The notes under the pieces: model-generated
Seen by the model: the letters and a program-made list of their open reading frames with translations, nothing else
Database searches by the model: none
What the model was told of the DNA's origin: nothing
Made by a program: the position numbers and the translations under genes
In this document: in pieces, positions 21,349-34,975 of the stretch
How positions within the stretch are numbered: position 1 is the first letter of the stretch
Layout of the letters: each line of letters starts with the position of its first letter
Source: Eledone cirrhosa
Taxonomy: Eukaryota
Direction: 5' to 3'
Length of the DNA stretch: 64,000 nucleotides
Assembly (NCBI GenBank): GCA_964016885.1
Contig: OZ024742.1
Span: 295,058,001 to 295,122,000 of the forward strand

Positions 21349-23583
21349 ATGCAGACTAATACAACAATAGCCAGTTCTCTTATTATTTCAATCTCTCTTA
21401 TATTTACACTGATGTTACTAAATATAGATGCAAAAAAACTTGAAAATTGTAGTCTTGAAATTTCTCCCAATGTCACTAAAATGTTATCAGATTTAGTAAA
21501 TCAAGGAAAACAGGTTTTTAATTTTGAAGTTCATTTATCTGATAAAAACCTTGATAGGCTTCTCAAACCTATACCAATGGATTATTTTGCAAATGCAAGA
21601 CATTTCATGTGGATTCCAAATAAATCAGGCAGTTTAATGGCCTGTAAAAATTTCTTCTATGACTTTCGAGTTTACACTTTTCATTTATTAGATGATTACA
21701 TAGCTACTAAAAAGATTGACATTCTTATAAGTTGTGGAAAAGAAAATATTCAGAGACATGATATAATATATTTGATTTTTGAGGAACTGAAGAAGATTGT
21801 ATTTATTGATAAATCAAATATGGGAGAATCTGGACACATGTGTTTTCTTATAAATTTATCAGATGACTTCAAGAAGAAAAACCCTTCTGCATTCAAAACA
21901 TATAGAAGACTTGGTATGAATCGAGAGATATTAAAAAAATATTGCTGTGAATTAAATAAAAATGAAAACTATGTTTATCACCCAAAATCTATATGTTCTG
22001 GAAATATTATTCAAAATAGTATGTTTTTGAATTATTCAAATATTGTTGGAGCAATTTTATGGGCTTTTTTACCATTGTTTATTACTTTTGTAACAAAGGC
22101 TAAATTACCTTTGAAATTTTATAAATCTACCAAGGAAAAAGGTATTAATGGTGATTTTCAGTGTATCATTGAAAACAAATATCCATCTGAATTTGAATGG
22201 GTAAATGAAAATCATAATATTTACAGTTTCAATCAATTTCTAGCTTGGCTATTTTGTTTCCACCATTCTACTCTCTTTGCATCAAGACTTAGAAGATTCT
22301 GTGTTCTCATTTTTTCTCTTTCAGTAATTTTCTTCGATCTTTTAATGCAATATTTATTGTTGCGTGATACATTAAAAATAATTTTACTTAATAAAATTCC
22401 ATTAGGTTTTCGTTCCCTAATATTTGGAATTGAAGAGAGCTATGAAAACACAGATGGCTTTTTTGGGGGACCCTTTATTTGGTTCATCATCTACATATTT
22501 TGTAACTTTATTTTCTTTATCCTTCCCAGTTATTTGAGTGAGACTCTTGCTTATAGTACATTACATCAAAGACCCACTTGTACTTTTCTCATACAACCTA
22601 TTGAATTCTTAGAGAAGTATGGTAATTTAAATGTTTCTAAAGAAAATAACTATGATCAACTCTATGCAATAATGAAATCTAATATTTCGACTGCTTTAAA
22701 TCCAAACTTCTGGCATTTAATCATTTCTACCTGGATTAAACGTATACATAACATATGGTCATATTACTATAAAAGAAATATTTTTTGTCAATTTATAATA
22801 CTTTGGTTATTTATTGTAATTACAGTTATATTTGCTGTATTTTCTGTCTGTGAATTACTTCTATGTCTTGTCTATTATGGAATACCAACTGTTTATTTGA
22901 TATTGACTTTACCATTAAGTTATTTCAAAGTTTATATTTTACCTTTATATATGAATCCTAAATGTATTTTTAAGATCACTGCTGTAATTTTAATATTGGT
23001 ATCACTGCCATTATATATATCATGGTTTTTATATTCAATCTTCATATTTTTAGTAAGTTTTCAACTGTTGTGCAACTATATGTTTACAACAGCTATAGCA
23101 ATACTTGTTAAACCTGATACTGTTGGTCACATATGGTTTGTGGCCATGTTTTTTGTCTATGGTATGGCGATTATAAATGCTATTGAGAAACAGTACCATT
23201 CAGTAATAGCTCAGTCTATAAAGTTAACTAAAGATATATATCCAAATTTAGTTAAGTCAAAATGTGGAGAGGAATTTATAGATGCCAAGTTATTAAAAAC
23301 AATTATTAGCTCTCATTTTCCTTTGAGATATGAGATTGGTAAATCCATTTTGAGACTATTTCTAATTTTATCATTTTTATTTGCTTGTAATAATATAATA
23401 AATCAAAATGGTTTGATCTTATCAACATTTACGAAGATTACTCTTATATTAATGTCATCTTTTATACCAAAATTATTGACAATAATTAACACTAAATTTG
23501 GTTTTTCTGTATCAATGTCAGATAAAATTACTGAAACCATACATGAATATAAGGAAGAAAATATATCACTGGTCAGTTATTAA
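21349..23583 (+). CDS. Uncharacterised 744-aa multi-pass membrane protein (signal peptide, Cys-rich ectodomain, ~10 TM), single coding exon
   Basis: Uninterrupted 2.2-kb ORF in AT-rich DNA. Start context GCCATG lies 19 nt after a TTTTATTTGCAG acceptor. Hydrophobic N-terminus, N-glycosylation sequons, many hydrophobic segments, and AATAAA near 23754. Confidence 0.85.
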   Translation: MQTNTTIASSLIISISLIFTLMLLNIDAKKLENCSLEISPNVTKMLSDLVNQGKQVFNFEVHLSDKNLDRLLKPIPMDYFANARHFMWIPNKSGSLMACKNFFYDFRVYTFHLLDDYIATKKIDILISCGKENIQRHDIIYLIFEELKKIVFIDKSNMGESGHMCFLINLSDDFKKKNPSAFKTYRRLGMNREILKKYCCELNKNENYVYHPKSICSGNIIQNSMFLNYSNIVGAILWAFLPLFITFVTKAKLPLKFYKSTKEKGINGDFQCIIENKYPSEFEWVNENHNIYSFNQFLAWLFCFHHSTLFASRLRRFCVLIFSLSVIFFDLLMQYLLLRDTLKIILLNKIPLGFRSLIFGIEESYENTDGFFGGPFIWFIIYIFCNFIFFILPSYLSETLAYSTLHQRPTCTFLIQPIEFLEKYGNLNVSKENNYDQLYAIMKSNISTALNPNFWHLIISTWIKRIHNIWSYYYKRNIFCQFIILWLFIVITVIFAVFSVCELLLCLVYYGIPTVYLILTLPLSYFKVYILPLYMNPKCIFKITAVILILVSLPLYISWFLYSIFIFLVSFQLLCNYMFTTAIAILVKPDTVGHIWFVAMFFVYGMAIINAIEKQYHSVIAQSIKLTKDIYPNLVKSKCGEEFIDAKLLKTIISSHFPLRYEIGKSILRLFLILSFLFACNNIINQNGLILSTFTKITLILMSSFIPKLLTIINTKFGFSVSMSDKITETIHEYKEENISLVSY

Positions 23584-26500
23584 TTTACTATTTTTTTTTA
23601 TGTTCAAAACATTATTTTCTTGAACTAATTTTTATGAATTGGTTAATATATGCATGCACACACGTATAAAGCTAAACAAATTCAGGAATACAATTTTACT
23701 GTAATGTTAAATAACATTACAAATTATGTTGTGTATTTTATTTCCATACAACAAATAAATTACACAGACATGTATATACACATATAATGTGCTGTGCTGT
23801 GCTGTGGAGGGTGTTCCAGAGAGAGTCCCATCTCTGCTGGAGAGTTCCTTCTGGTAGGTTTGTAAGGAGAGCATCCTCCAATGACATAATGAACGCAACT
23901 ACTTTGACTGAATATTGGGTTGTGGTACCATTGATACACTGCTTACCTGGAGGCTTAGCATAGTGCAGCTTCTTTGGTTGTTTCTCAGAAGTGTGTGTCT
24001 TGTGGGGATCAAATCTAGCTGGTGTCAGTGTCTGAAGCAGGCATGTTGCCAGGAAACTTTGTGTGGATCTTTGGTCTGGAAATAGGTGTTGGCAACACAT
24101 AGTTTATTGAACATACAGAGCTGAAGCAGCCATTACCCATTATCATTCATATTGCCAATCCCATACTGAATCATTATACTGTAACCTCATTGGTGCACTG
24201 GCTTGATTAAGTTGTTCCTATCGACTCTGGTATTATTTTATGAAGTCTGGTATTTATTTCATTAAGCCTGTTTGTCAAACTGCTAGGTTATGGGATATAA
24301 ACAAAGATAGAAATACAAACTTTAGCACACACACTGTGTGATTGTAACAAAAGAAGTTGCATGTTGTACCTGGACTGAAGACAGACACTTTCCTCTTCAG
24401 CAAAAGTGAGGATGGAGATGGAAATGGGTGAATGTAGTGAGGATGGCCCAACTCTGAGTCTGTAGGCTGGAGAGTTCAAAGAGGAGAGGGACACCTTCCT
24501 ATAGTGCTCTTGGGGATTAGGGTGGTTTCAGATATGAGGGGTTCCTAAATCACCCCTGGCTAGTATTCCCCACTTTTAGAGAATTCTGTTGTTTTAATTT
24601 TATTGTTATTTTGCTAGCTATTTTCATTGTGTACTTGCTTTATATTATATGTAAATCTCCACTTTCCTTGTCTTTTTATATTATCCTTTGTATTTCAACT
24701 CTCAGGCAAATAAAGAAAGAATTATTGTTGTTGCTCTTGTTATTATTATTGTTATTAGCAGAATTGTTAGATCACCAAACAAAATGTATTGTGGCATTTA
24801 CTCCAAGTTTTAGGTTCTGATTTCAATTTACAGTGAAATATGTATATCTCGCATGTTTACATGATTAAATACTCAATGTGTAAATTTATATAGACATTTA
24901 CGCAGTCCGATTACATCTGTACTTTATATATACAGATTTAAATTTATCATAAATTTAATATAAATCAAAAGTAACAACTAACTTTGTCCAATCTATGCCA
25001 GCATGGAAAGTCAGGCATGCCTCCTATCCACAAGACACAATTCACTCTTCCCAAGGCCACTCGCAATACCCAACACTTCCTCTCCATGCTGGTATGATCC
25101 CTCCTCCTCACAATGCCTTCCCAGTGATAGTTGTATGATAAAAATGCATCCAGCCCACTCTGTAAAATGACTGCTGATGATGTGAAAAAAATCCCCGTCG
25201 GCACTATAAGGCAGTAGTGCTGGAGTCATGACAAAAGTCCCCAGTTCACTCTGTAAGGTGGTAATGCCAGGGTCACAATAAGATGTTCCCACATTATACT
25301 GTAATGTGGTTGGCATTTGGAAGGGCATCCAGCCATAGAAACCAAGCCAAAATACAGATCTGTATGAGCAAGACATGGTCACTTGAGCTGAATTGTCTCA
25401 AAGTGATAACTCGTCTAACCCATAGACGTTAAATGATGATAGAAATATCAAAGCTTACACAAACACCTTTAATTCATTGGATCTCTACACTGGACTCTTA
25501 CCTGTAATTCTTTGTGGATTATTGGACATTTTTCATTATACCAATATATCACGACTTACAACTACTTTTCTTCTCACTTCATCTCTTCCTCTCCTTATTC
25601 TTTTCTTGCCTCTCATCTTCTCCATTCTCACCTTCGCACTACTCTCATCTGTCTCTGTTTATTTTTCTCTCCCAAACATCCTTTCTTTTCCCTCACCAAT
25701 CTTTCGATGAAGGACTGACATCTAAAACCTTGAGATACTAATTCAATCACATCAATTATTAAACTAATATACCATGATTGCATTGGAAATTATAAACTTT
25801 AGCTGTGTATAAATATTTCTTCATAGTACTAGGTGGTAGTGTTGTTTCCACAATACAATGCACCCAGTACTCTCTGTAAAGTGGCTGGTGTTAGGAAGGG
25901 TATCCAACTGTAGAAATCATGCTGAAATATGAAACATATGAGCCACAGAGTTATCTGACCTTGTCTTGTCTTGAACTGTAACAACCTGTCCAGCCCATGC
26001 CAGCAGAGAAAGTGGATATGAAATGATAAAATCCATGTTTTCCTTTTTTTTCTGTCTTCAAGAAGGGCTCTAACTCCTGATGGAGTCCTAGAGGCACCGT
26101 CCTAACACATAGCATGTCTTGGTCATTTTAAACATGCCAGAACCTATCTCTCTCCATGTCTGAACACAACCAATTTCTTCCGGGGAAGCAGAGAGGACCA
26201 GAGAAAAAGATAAAGAGAAATAAAAGATGTAACTTCAGTACTGGGCTGGTACTTTATCAACTTCAAAAAGATGAAACACAAAATTGACCCTGGTGGAATT
26301 TGAACTCCAAATGCAGAGCTGAAACACATATCACAAAGCATTCTATACCCAATGTCCTAACTCAGCCAATTTGTTGCTCTTTTGTCCACAACAATATTGT
26401 ATATTCAAACAAAGTGTTTACATCTGTCTATATAGTGTTGACTAAACCTAAAGCTGGGTATTAAGAAAGTTTGTTTTTCTTGTGCTTAGAAACTCATATA

Positions 26501-27239
26501 ACTGAAGTTTTAGTGTGCATAACAGACAGAGTACAAGACTCTTCTTGGACAGAATGATAGCCTATCGCAACATTAAGCACCTAGCTGCTGCTAGTCTCAT
26601 TTTGAACTGAGTGAACTGGAGCAACATGAAATGAAGTGTCTTGCTCACAAGCAGTGTGCCACCCAGTCTGGTGATCAAACCCACAACCATGAGACCAAAA
26701 ACCTAACCATTAGGCCACATGCCAACACTACATAGTACAGTATAGTATTACATAAATGTTATATTATAAAAAGAATGGGGGGAAAAAAGAACTTCTTTTA
26801 ATTTATCAGATTTCATTGTGGAATTGTCTTTTAAAATACTTAAATAATACATTTGTAAAATTATTGTAAGATCTTTTTCCTCATTTTTGTCTGCTTTTTG
26901 ACATAGGTGGGATGAGAATTTCTTGAGGCAGTATTCTACATTTAGATGTCATCCATGATGCAGACTATTGTGAGTTTTTAAAAGTAATGTATTGTGCAAG
27001 TGATGTCAAATGTGATGTAAAGATGCAGACACACATATATACATACGACAGGCTTCCATACAGTTTCTGTTAACTAAATCCACTAACAATGCATTGATCA
27101 GCCCAAGACTATGTAAAGTAGGAAACACTTGTCCAAAGTGACACACAGCTAAGAATGTGCCAGTATCTAACTTATTTCTTTCCAGATTTTGCAAAACTTC
27201 AAAGCAATATTTCCGTTTGCATTAGAAATGAAGCTATTT

Positions 27240-28345
27240 AACACTTTTGCTATTAAACTTGCTATCTTCAATTCGGTTTTCGTGCCAACCCTTACCTATG
27301 GTCATGAATCTTGGGTAATGACCAAAAGAATACGATCGCGAACACAAGCGGCCGAAATGGGATTCCTCCAAAGGCTCTTTGGAGTAACATTATTCAATAG
27401 AGTGCGTAACTCGGAGATCAGAGTCTCTCCAGGTAGAGGCACTTCTCTGAATTGAGAGATCACAGATCTGATACTATGAGCATGTGGTTAGAATGTCCCA
27501 GGAGAGATTTTACGGGCAAAACCAACCGGCAAGAAACCCAGGGGTAGACCCCAAGCAAGATGGTTGGATAAAATCCATGAGCTTGGCTGGTCCAGCTTGG
27601 GGATCCAGCCGGATCAATTGGAGATGGTTGCTTCTGATAGGACCTGCTGGAATGAGTGTTTGAGGACTCTGCCCCAACAACCCTCTCAGTAATAAGTGGG
27701 TGATGAAGGAGAAAAAGAAACTAAACTGCTTGAAAATGCTTCTGGTTCTATGATACTAAGCTGTTTATTTTAAATTGTTTTCTATCTAAAAAACCTTGTC
27801 ATAATTTTACATTAAGAACCTTTGTTATGTTATGCTTTGAACATCAGGTTGATAATGAGAAAGCTATATTAGTAAATCCAAAAAATTCTTCATTATTTTC
27901 AAAATGATTTGAAAATTATAAGCAGTGTCTTTCATTTAAAATATGGTAACAAAAGGGTTAAGTTGTTTATATTTATCTAAAAAGCTTCCATCGTAATTTT
28001 ATGTAAGAACCTTTGTTAGTTCCAAACATCAGTGTAATAATGAGGTAGTTATATTATTAAAATCTCTCTGACTCCTTAATTATTTTCAAATTGATAAGCA
28101 GTGTTTTGCAATAAAAATAAATACATTAACAAAAGGTTAATAATGAGAAAGTTAATTATATAATTAAATAACTTCAAATTCTTGATTATTTGAAAAGTTA
28201 TAAGTAGTATCTTTCGTTAAAATCCTAACGAAAAGATTAATGAGAAAGTTAGTTATATTACTAAATCCTTCCAAATTCTTGATTCTTTTCAATATGATTT
28301 AAAAATAAGCAGTCTTTCATTAAAAATATGGTAATGAAAGGTTAA
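27240..28345. mobile_element. piggyBac-like MITE (TTAA ends) interrupted by an RTE fragment and followed by tandem copies of its own right end
   Basis: TTAACACTTTTGCTA at the left end and GTAACAAAAGGGTTAA at the right, repeated several times to 28345; related copies at ~49197-49325, ~52845-53037 and ~62245-62478. Confidence 0.55.
27260..27715 (+). mobile_element. 3' fragment of a third RTE family (Rex3/Expander-like)
   Basis: VFVPTLTYGHESWVMT..AAEMGFL..VRNSEIR, followed by GKKPRGRP..RWLD. Confidence 0.75.
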
Positions 28346-28919
28346 AGCTTAGAGGATTACAAAAGCAAAATACGTGAAATTTAAAATCAATACACTAAAA
28401 TGCAAGCTAGGTCTTCGGTATGCTTTATTCATGTATTTACATAATCAGAAAACAGGTAGCTATGATGTCATAAATAGGTTTAAAAACTAAAAATAAAGCA
28501 TTATATTTTGTTTCATCTAAATGCATTTATCACTGGTATGCATGCATAAAAATTTACGTGTTAGTATGTTTGGTAAAATGCTGGATGAGGTGGAACATAT
28601 CAAAAACACAAGTGTCTTTTTTATATTTTGTTTTAGATTGATAAATATATGTGGTTCAGATTGTTTAGGGAAAGTCAGTACAATGCAAGTTAGAAGTATA
28701 AGAGTGAAAACTTGAGTAGTGTAAAGTAAGAAAAACAAAAAAAAAAACAGAACAACAATTTACATATTTACTTTATATTTCAGGATATTTTGAGGTTAGA
28801 ATCTTTTTTCAAATGCAGAAAATGGAGCTTGTCACCACTATCACACTCTATTTCCTTTCTTTTGAAAAGGAGTTTCATAGCCCAAAATATTATGAAATAT
28901 AAGGTAAAAGTGTAAACTG

Positions 28920-29225
28920 TTGTTTTAGTGCATGGCTTTGTGCTCAGGGTGTTTTGCTCACAATCGTAAGGCAATAAGTTTGATACTTGGCAGCTTCGGT
29001 TCTTGAGCAAGATACTTTATTTCATGTTGCTCCAGTTCACTCAGCTGGCAAAAAATAAAAAATGAATTGCATTTGTAATTCAAATGGCCAGCCGTCACAC
29101 TTTGTGTCATGCTGAATCTCCCTGAGAATTACATTAAGGGTACATGTGTCTGTAGAATGCTCAACCACTTGCACATTAATTTCATGAGTAGGCTGGAACA
29201 CATGATGGAACCGACAAAGATCCAA
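28920..29225 (+). mobile_element. tRNA-derived SINE (older family)
   Basis: Degenerate A/B boxes, CTTGAGCAAGATACTTT..CTCAGCTGG core; the 3' part recurs at 38230-38410 and 51990-52140. Confidence 0.6.
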
Positions 29226-29477
29226 GAATTTAATTTTTTCTCACTTTACTCTAATTTTCACTCTTGTATTTCTAACTTGTATTGACTTTCCCCAAAACAA
29301 CCCTGACTACATATTTCACAATGCTTTATATAAAATACACTGATAAATAAATGACAATGTTGTTTATCTGTTAACTATTTATTTCCAACCAAAAAACGCA
29401 ACAAAAAAAAAATGATAATCTAAAAAATAATTTTAAAAATGGTGAATAATTTACACAATTATTTCATAACTTATTGT

Positions 29478-30405
29478 AATAGTGGTTTCTAATTTAGGGC
29501 ATAAGGCCAGCAATTTGGAGGGAGGGATATGTCGATTATATTGACCTCAGTACTTAACTGGTACTTTATTTCATTGATCTCGTGAGCTAAGAATGAAAGG
29601 CAAATCTGACATCAACGAGATTTGAACACAGAATTTAGAGGTGGAACAGATACTGCAAAGTATTTGAAATGAAAGAAAAAGAAAAAAAAAAAATTAAATT
29701 CACAGCTTACACCTATGCAGGTTTAGCTGACCTCATACAAGATTGCATGTCATTGGAGGTTTCTTTGGTATTTTAATAATGGGGCCCATTGTTACAGCTC
29801 ACTCTTATGCATGTTTAACTGGCCTTTTTTCAAGGTTCAATTCATGAGCCCCAGTCTTATGTAAAGTAACATGAAATGAAATGTCTTGCTCAAGAACACA
29901 ACAATACCCAAACCACTAGGCTACATATTTTCACCCTTTCATTTCAAAGCATCTGTCCAACACTCTAATGATTCTGCCAATCTACCACCCTGACATATTG
30001 TAAAAATATTTAATTTAAGCACAAGGCCAGCAATTTGTGGAGAAGGTAAAGTCGATTACATCGAGACCCCAGTACTTTATCGACCCTGGAAGGATGAAAG
30101 GCAAAGTTGACCTCAGCATGATTTGAACTCATAACATAAAGAGCTGGAACAAATACTGCAAAGCATTGTATCTGATGCTCAAACAATTCTGCCAATCCAT
30201 CACCCTTAACTCATTGTGATAATAATAATTGTTTCTACTTTTGGCACAAGGCCAGCAATTACCCAGTACATTACTGGTACTTTATTTTATCGACCCCGTA
30301 AGGATGAAAGGCAAAGTTAACCTTGGCGGGATTTGAACTCAGATCATAAAGGGACATAACTATGCTAGAAAGCATGGCGTCTGACCCTCTACCGATACTG
30401 CCAAT
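29478..30405 (-). mobile_element. Cluster of three Meta-like SINEs (about 29478-29660, 30010-30205, 30225-30405)
   Basis: Each has GGTACTTTATT..ATCGAC..GGATGAAAGGCAAAG..GATTTGAACTC; further copies near 26240, 37990, 43080, 46200, 50035 and 50255. Confidence 0.75.
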
Positions 30406-32523
30406 TAATAATAATACCAGTTGATAATAGTTTAATAAATTATTTAAAGAAATATTTACATTAACAATTTATCTGCTGCCATAGTAGCTAAGGATGTTTA
30501 TTTAAAACCAATTTAAAATATTTTCTTCTTTAATTTTTCAATAAAAATATAACAGTAAGATATCAGCAGAAAAGACTTACAACAACGGTGTGTTTTGTGA
30601 TTAATTTTAATGTGTTTAAAAAAAACAACCTTGTCACTAAATACCTTGTGGTTATTATTACCTCAACAGAATGCAGAAATAACTGCATTGAGGTAGTCGA
30701 AAAATATTTAAAATATACTATGCATATGTGTGTGAGTATGTGTGTATATATATATATACACACACACACACATATATATTAGCTTTTTCAATTGATTAAC
30801 TTGGATATATCATTAAACTAAACACTCCTCTATAAGATCTTAGGAGGCAAAAACACAGGGATTTTGTTCTTATGTTCTTTGACTGCAGCCATGCTGGGGC
30901 ACCATCTTGAAGGCATTTAGTCAATCATATCGACCCCAGTGCTTTTTTTTTTACAGCTTGGTATTCATTTTATCAATCTCTTTTTATTGAACTGCTAGGT
31001 CACACAAAGTTATACAGTTCTGAATGCAAATTGATTTATTTAACTAATATATTTTTTTAAAGAATTCAGAGCACCCAATAACGTCAATATCGTCTCCACA
31101 TTCAAAGTTAATTTAATTTCCATGATGTAGTTAAAAAAAAACCTAAAACAGTGATGGCAGGATTTACAAATATTCTAATCTCAGCTTTTTTATGTAAAAA
31201 AAAAGAAAGAAACAAACAAAAAAGATCTCATTAGACCATGATTGGGCTTATTTTACAATGAAATTCTCGTGATGAAAAAAATTTACAATTTAAAACTTTC
31301 ATTGATAAAATTATTTCTTAGATTAGTAAAATTGTTTAACATAAATAAGTAGGAGCCACACTGTGGTAAACATTCAATAAAAATGTTTTGAATCTAAAAC
31401 TCTTTCAGAGATTAAAGACATGTTTAATATGACCAGTTTATTTTTTGAAATGATAGCATTTTTATTGTCAGCAGAAGGGAAATCTTGTTGTACAGTGGAA
31501 ATATTGGATTCACTGCTTGTAAAACTGCATCCCTTAAGTCAAATAAAAAGTGAGATCAGCATACACTGTCCAGAAATATTCAGAAGCAGCTGGTAAAAAT
31601 TATATTGTTTGTACCAAATAGGTAATTTGATATTTAATAACTTAGTGATGTGTATGCATATATATATATATAAAAAAAAACACAAGGAACAAGTATGTGT
31701 ATTTCAAACTTCATTTAACTAGTTATGGTTTGTAAATTAAAAAACTTTAAAAAATATATATATAAAATTGAAATAAAAAATAAAATAAAATGAGAAAAGG
31801 TGAAAGAATTAGGGTTGATGGAATGGAAGTTGAATGGGGACTGAGTTAGAAGATAGCCTCCCCATCCCTGCCTGCCTGCCTTTCCTCAGTTGAAGAGGGA
31901 GGAACTGCTATTTGGCTTGTTAGAAGGGAAGATTCCCCCCCCCCCCCCCCCATGGTCCCATTCACTTTCTATGTACAAGTACAGTTGTCTCAATGCTGTT
32001 GTTTGACACACAATGACAGCCCGGACATCAAGGAAAATAAAACAAAAATTAAAAATAAAACAAAGGAGACAAACGCCAACAAACAGTGGAGACTGAACCT
32101 CTAAATGCATATGTTGTTGCTGCTGCAATAATATTGTTATGAAATGCACTTGAGATCGTTTTATGAAAATCAATTTACAGTGATTTCACTGGTTTCTGTT
32201 GCAGGGCAGTTTCAGGGACAAAAAATAACATTTTTTGCCTCCACATAACTAGCCAGCCCTATTGTCATATCAGCTACGTCCATAGGACGGAAAGAGGTAA
32301 GATAAGATTTGTGCGTTTTCCCAATTGGAAGGATATAACTTAACAAACCAGGTGATAAATTAAAAACTCTCTTCCTCTGTAAGATGTTATGTTCCATGTA
32401 GTGTGTAGCTTATTAAAGCCACTAGCACAGCACCAAATTGTTAGTCATATTATCAGAAGTGACAATGATACAATTTGTCCATGTGAAATGTAGATGTATT
32501 TTAACCAAACAAATGCCTGTCTT

Positions 32524-32688
32524 TCAATCATCAGGTGTTGGCGATTGGGCTTTTTTATAATTTGCTCCAAACTTACACATGTATTTTTTAATATAGTCTT
32601 TAGCCTTAGCTTTCACATTTTCATTGACTTCCAAATCTTCAGGATGTTTACAATGTTTCAACTCTTTTGCCATCACATGGTGAGTTAA
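32524..32688 (-). CDS. SETD2: SETD2 last coding exon (SRI domain C-terminus, stop)
   Basis: LTHHVMAKELKHCKHPEDLEVNENVKAKAKDYIKKYMCKFGANYKKAQSPTPDD*; matches the SETD2 SRI end; AG acceptor. Confidence 0.96.
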   Translation of the reverse strand, partial: LTHHVMAKELKHCKHPEDLEVNENVKAKAKDYIKKYMCKFGANYKKAQSPTPDD

Positions 32689-33479
32689 CTGACAAAAGAA
32701 CACAGAAAAATAAATATTTGTAAATAATTAACACAAAACAAAAAAATTCAATTATGATCAAATCAATTAATAAACTTACAGATGGTAAGATTATGATAGC
32801 CATAATAGCATTGGCAATAATAATTTGATTTACTGGTTACCTTTATTATAATGGTAGTAATGCTGCTTTAGCATTAAATTTAATTAACTTATATATACTC
32901 ATGTAGATGCTAAGACCTGATCCTATTTTATGTCTGAGAAATCCAAACCTTGTGTATAAGCAGAGACAACTAATCAACACATTATATTTAGTTAGTGTAG
33001 TTTTGTAAATTCCCATTAGAGAACAATATTTTAATGAATTTTTAATATTTTGATATCTAACACGTTTTTAAGTGTTGTTTAGAATATAGTTTTTGTTTCA
33101 CAACTCCATTACATAATGATTTTTTAACATTTCATTCATTTCATAAAGCCTCTTGTTTCTTGAATTTTTGTTTGCTTCTTTTTAACAGACAATAATAGCT
33201 CCATCTTCTGAATGTACCAGGTTTTTATGTAATGTACAAATCAAATGAAACGCATGTATGTATACAATATATATGTGTGTTTTTTTTATATATATATATA
33301 TATAAAAGTGGATGTAAAAACAATGATGATGATGATGACAATATAAATAATTGCATTTCAAAATCTTGTCAAATCTTTAAACAGCATGAAGGGAAGCAAG
33401 GCAATTAAGCTAGACCTTACTATATATTTTATTCTATTATTCCATTTTTCAGTCAGCTATTGATGTATATTTTCCCCAC

Positions 33480-34100
33480 TTTGCTAAAAGTAAACCTCAA
33501 TATCTAGCTTTTGTTGATCTAGAAAAGGCCTTTGACAGAGTACCTCGATTGATTATCTGGTGATTCGTAAGGAAACTTAGGTGTAGAAAAGTGGCTTGTG
33601 AGAGCAGTGAAAGCTATATACAGAGGGGGCTGTCAGTAAATAGAGAGTAGGAAGCGAGTTTAGAGAGGAATTTGGTTGCCATGTACAACTGGACTCAGGA
33701 CAACAATATGCAGTTCAATGCTGAAAAATGTCAAGCTCTTTGCTATCAACCCACCAACACAAGTCCAGTACAACAAGCTACTCTGGACAGGGAGGGATTG
33801 ACATTCCAGAGTCAAAATCTGCGTGGGACCTGGGAATTGAAAGAACAACGATACACTGTTTCTTGTGTCTATCACCAAGATGGTGGTGATTTGTAAATGA
33901 CTGGCTGGCTGGATTCTTAGGTCTTTTAGGACAAGGGACCAAGAAACCATGTTGATCCTCTATTGCTCCCAGCTATGGTTACTATGCACTGGCATATCAA
34001 TTGCAGAATTTGAAGGAATCCAACAAAGCTACACCAAAAAGATTACCTCAATGAATGAAATGAACCATCAAGCAAGGCTGAAAGAATAAAGACAAGAGAG
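33480..34100 (+). mobile_element. Adjacent decayed RTE-A RT fragment (33480-33660) and CR1-like RT fragment (33660-34100)
   Basis: LAFVDLEKAFDRVP, then WTQDNNMQFNAEKCQ. Confidence 0.65.
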
Positions 34101-34629
34101 CTATGTATATCACTATATGCATATGGAAGATGAACCCGCAGCACAACATGAAGTACAAAAAGGGCAGCTATGACAAACTCCTTCATGTATCAACCAAGGA
34201 AGGGCGGCTATATAGAAAGTGTAGCAGCATTGGCAGTGCTCTAACATGGTATCACCCAGTCTACTGGAATAGGTAAAAGTAAATCAGAAAAATATATGCA
34301 AAACTACAGTCTACTGCCCTTCAATTTGTTTCCTTACAACTTCCATAAACTTGCATATTTTCCAAATATGTGCATTACAAATACAATGTTAAAAGTTTTT
34401 AAATATTGTCATTTTCACTTGCAAAAATAACCAGAAGTATCTGTATACATTACTGTCTAACCCATGCTAGCATGGAAAATTGACGTTAAATGATGATGAT
34501 GATGAGTACTCAAGATATTTTGGTGCCTTTTCTATGTAGATGTTGAAATTTGTGAACATCAGTAAAATATTGACCTCAAATATAAGCACTCCCTCCCCCC
34601 ATTTTACCTATTTTTTGTCACATATTTCT

Positions 34630-34975
34630 CAGCTTATCCTAATTTTCAAAAAGGAAGACAAGAGAGATTGCTCCAATTATAGCGGGATCTTCTTGTTAAG
34701 CCTCCCCAGTAAATTCTATGCTAAGCGTCTGGCAAAAAGATGTAGGAATATGGTAGAGTCCAAGCTAGCTGATGAACACTGTGGTTTTCACTCCAGTTGC
34801 AGCAGAGCCGACTAAATATTCACACTGCAGCAGGTCTTTAAGAGATCATGGGAGTATTGTCAACAGATGTATGCTTATTTCATAGACCTCAAAAAGGCAT
34901 AAGACCACATTCCGTGGGACCTACTGTGGAAGGTTCTGCAAGAGTATGAGATAGATGGACAACTACTTATTGCTC
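34630..34975 (+). mobile_element. RTE (Rex3/Expander-like) RT fragment
   Basis: IFKKEDKRDCSNYSGIFLLSLP..EHCGF..FIDLKKA, with stops. Confidence 0.7.

Noticed and set aside
25700-25740. Additional hammerhead (TCGATGAAGG..CTAAAAC)
   Set aside because: Core and stems are too degenerate to support.
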